This document shows positions 44,378-44,770 of a stretch of DNA of 44,770 nt, one piece after another (within the stretch, counting starts at the first letter, position 1; each line of letters opens with the position of its first letter). The stretch lies in assembly GCA_000934665.2 (NCBI GenBank), contig JYFJ02003244.1, positions 1 to 44,770 on the forward strand, written 5' to 3'. The translations under genes and the position numbers were made by a program. This DNA is from Catajapyx aquilonaris (lineage: Eukaryota). The notes beneath the pieces were generated by a model. The model saw only the letters and a list, made by a program, of their open reading frames with translations, ran no database searches and was not told where the DNA came from.

Positions 44378-44770
44378 CATATTATAATTTGAAGATTTTG
44401 TCAGGTAGCGTGTGAAATGATTCCCCTACTAACACACACAAGATGAAAGAATTCCCCATTCAGAGGCAAATAACAGGGATGGTCCCATACACGCTTTGCA
44501 ACATTGGAGTCAAAGGACCCCGAAGTAGGCTAGGTTGACAACCAGGGAGAGGTGCAGTAACGAGCCACTCCGAAGAAAATAACAGTGATTAATAAAAGAA
44601 CCACCCTCTTTATATATAAAGTGGGCGGTTCACAATAGGGGTTTGCACAAAAAGCTGTGGGAGGAAACAGTTCTTCCGCTCCAGGCAATAAGCTGGTTTG
44701 ACTGAGGCACAGAAGCATAAAGAGAGGTTTTGCTGGTGGTGGGGGTCCGGGTTTGGGGGGTACATGGAGG

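Overview
Eukaryotic genomic DNA from an invertebrate animal, probably an arthropod (inferred from short 54-70 nt introns and a mosaic CpG pattern); nothing here looks prokaryotic. I reconstructed seven spliced protein-coding genes by hand with GT-AG introns and consistent frames: MICOS10 (+), DNAJC16 (-), a divergent cationic amino acid transporter (+), a cordon-bleu-like WH2 protein (-), an SLC7A14-like transporter (+), a GT8/GLT8D1-like glycosyltransferase (+, one ambiguous junction) and an unnamed AT-hook protein (-). There is also a convergent tRNA-Phe/tRNA-Trp pair, two tRNA-derived SINEs (one with a perfect 16-bp TSD) and several MITE-like foldbacks. The most unusual feature is largely invisible in the ORF track: the AT-hook gene contains eight tandemly duplicated phase-0 exons (39754-41143). 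A helical repeat, R-E-G-T-M-Q-A-T-A-K|E-G-A-E-F-L, forms only across their splice junctions, and most copies carry an S-P-x-K motif. All gene models are manual and unverified by transcripts or database searches.
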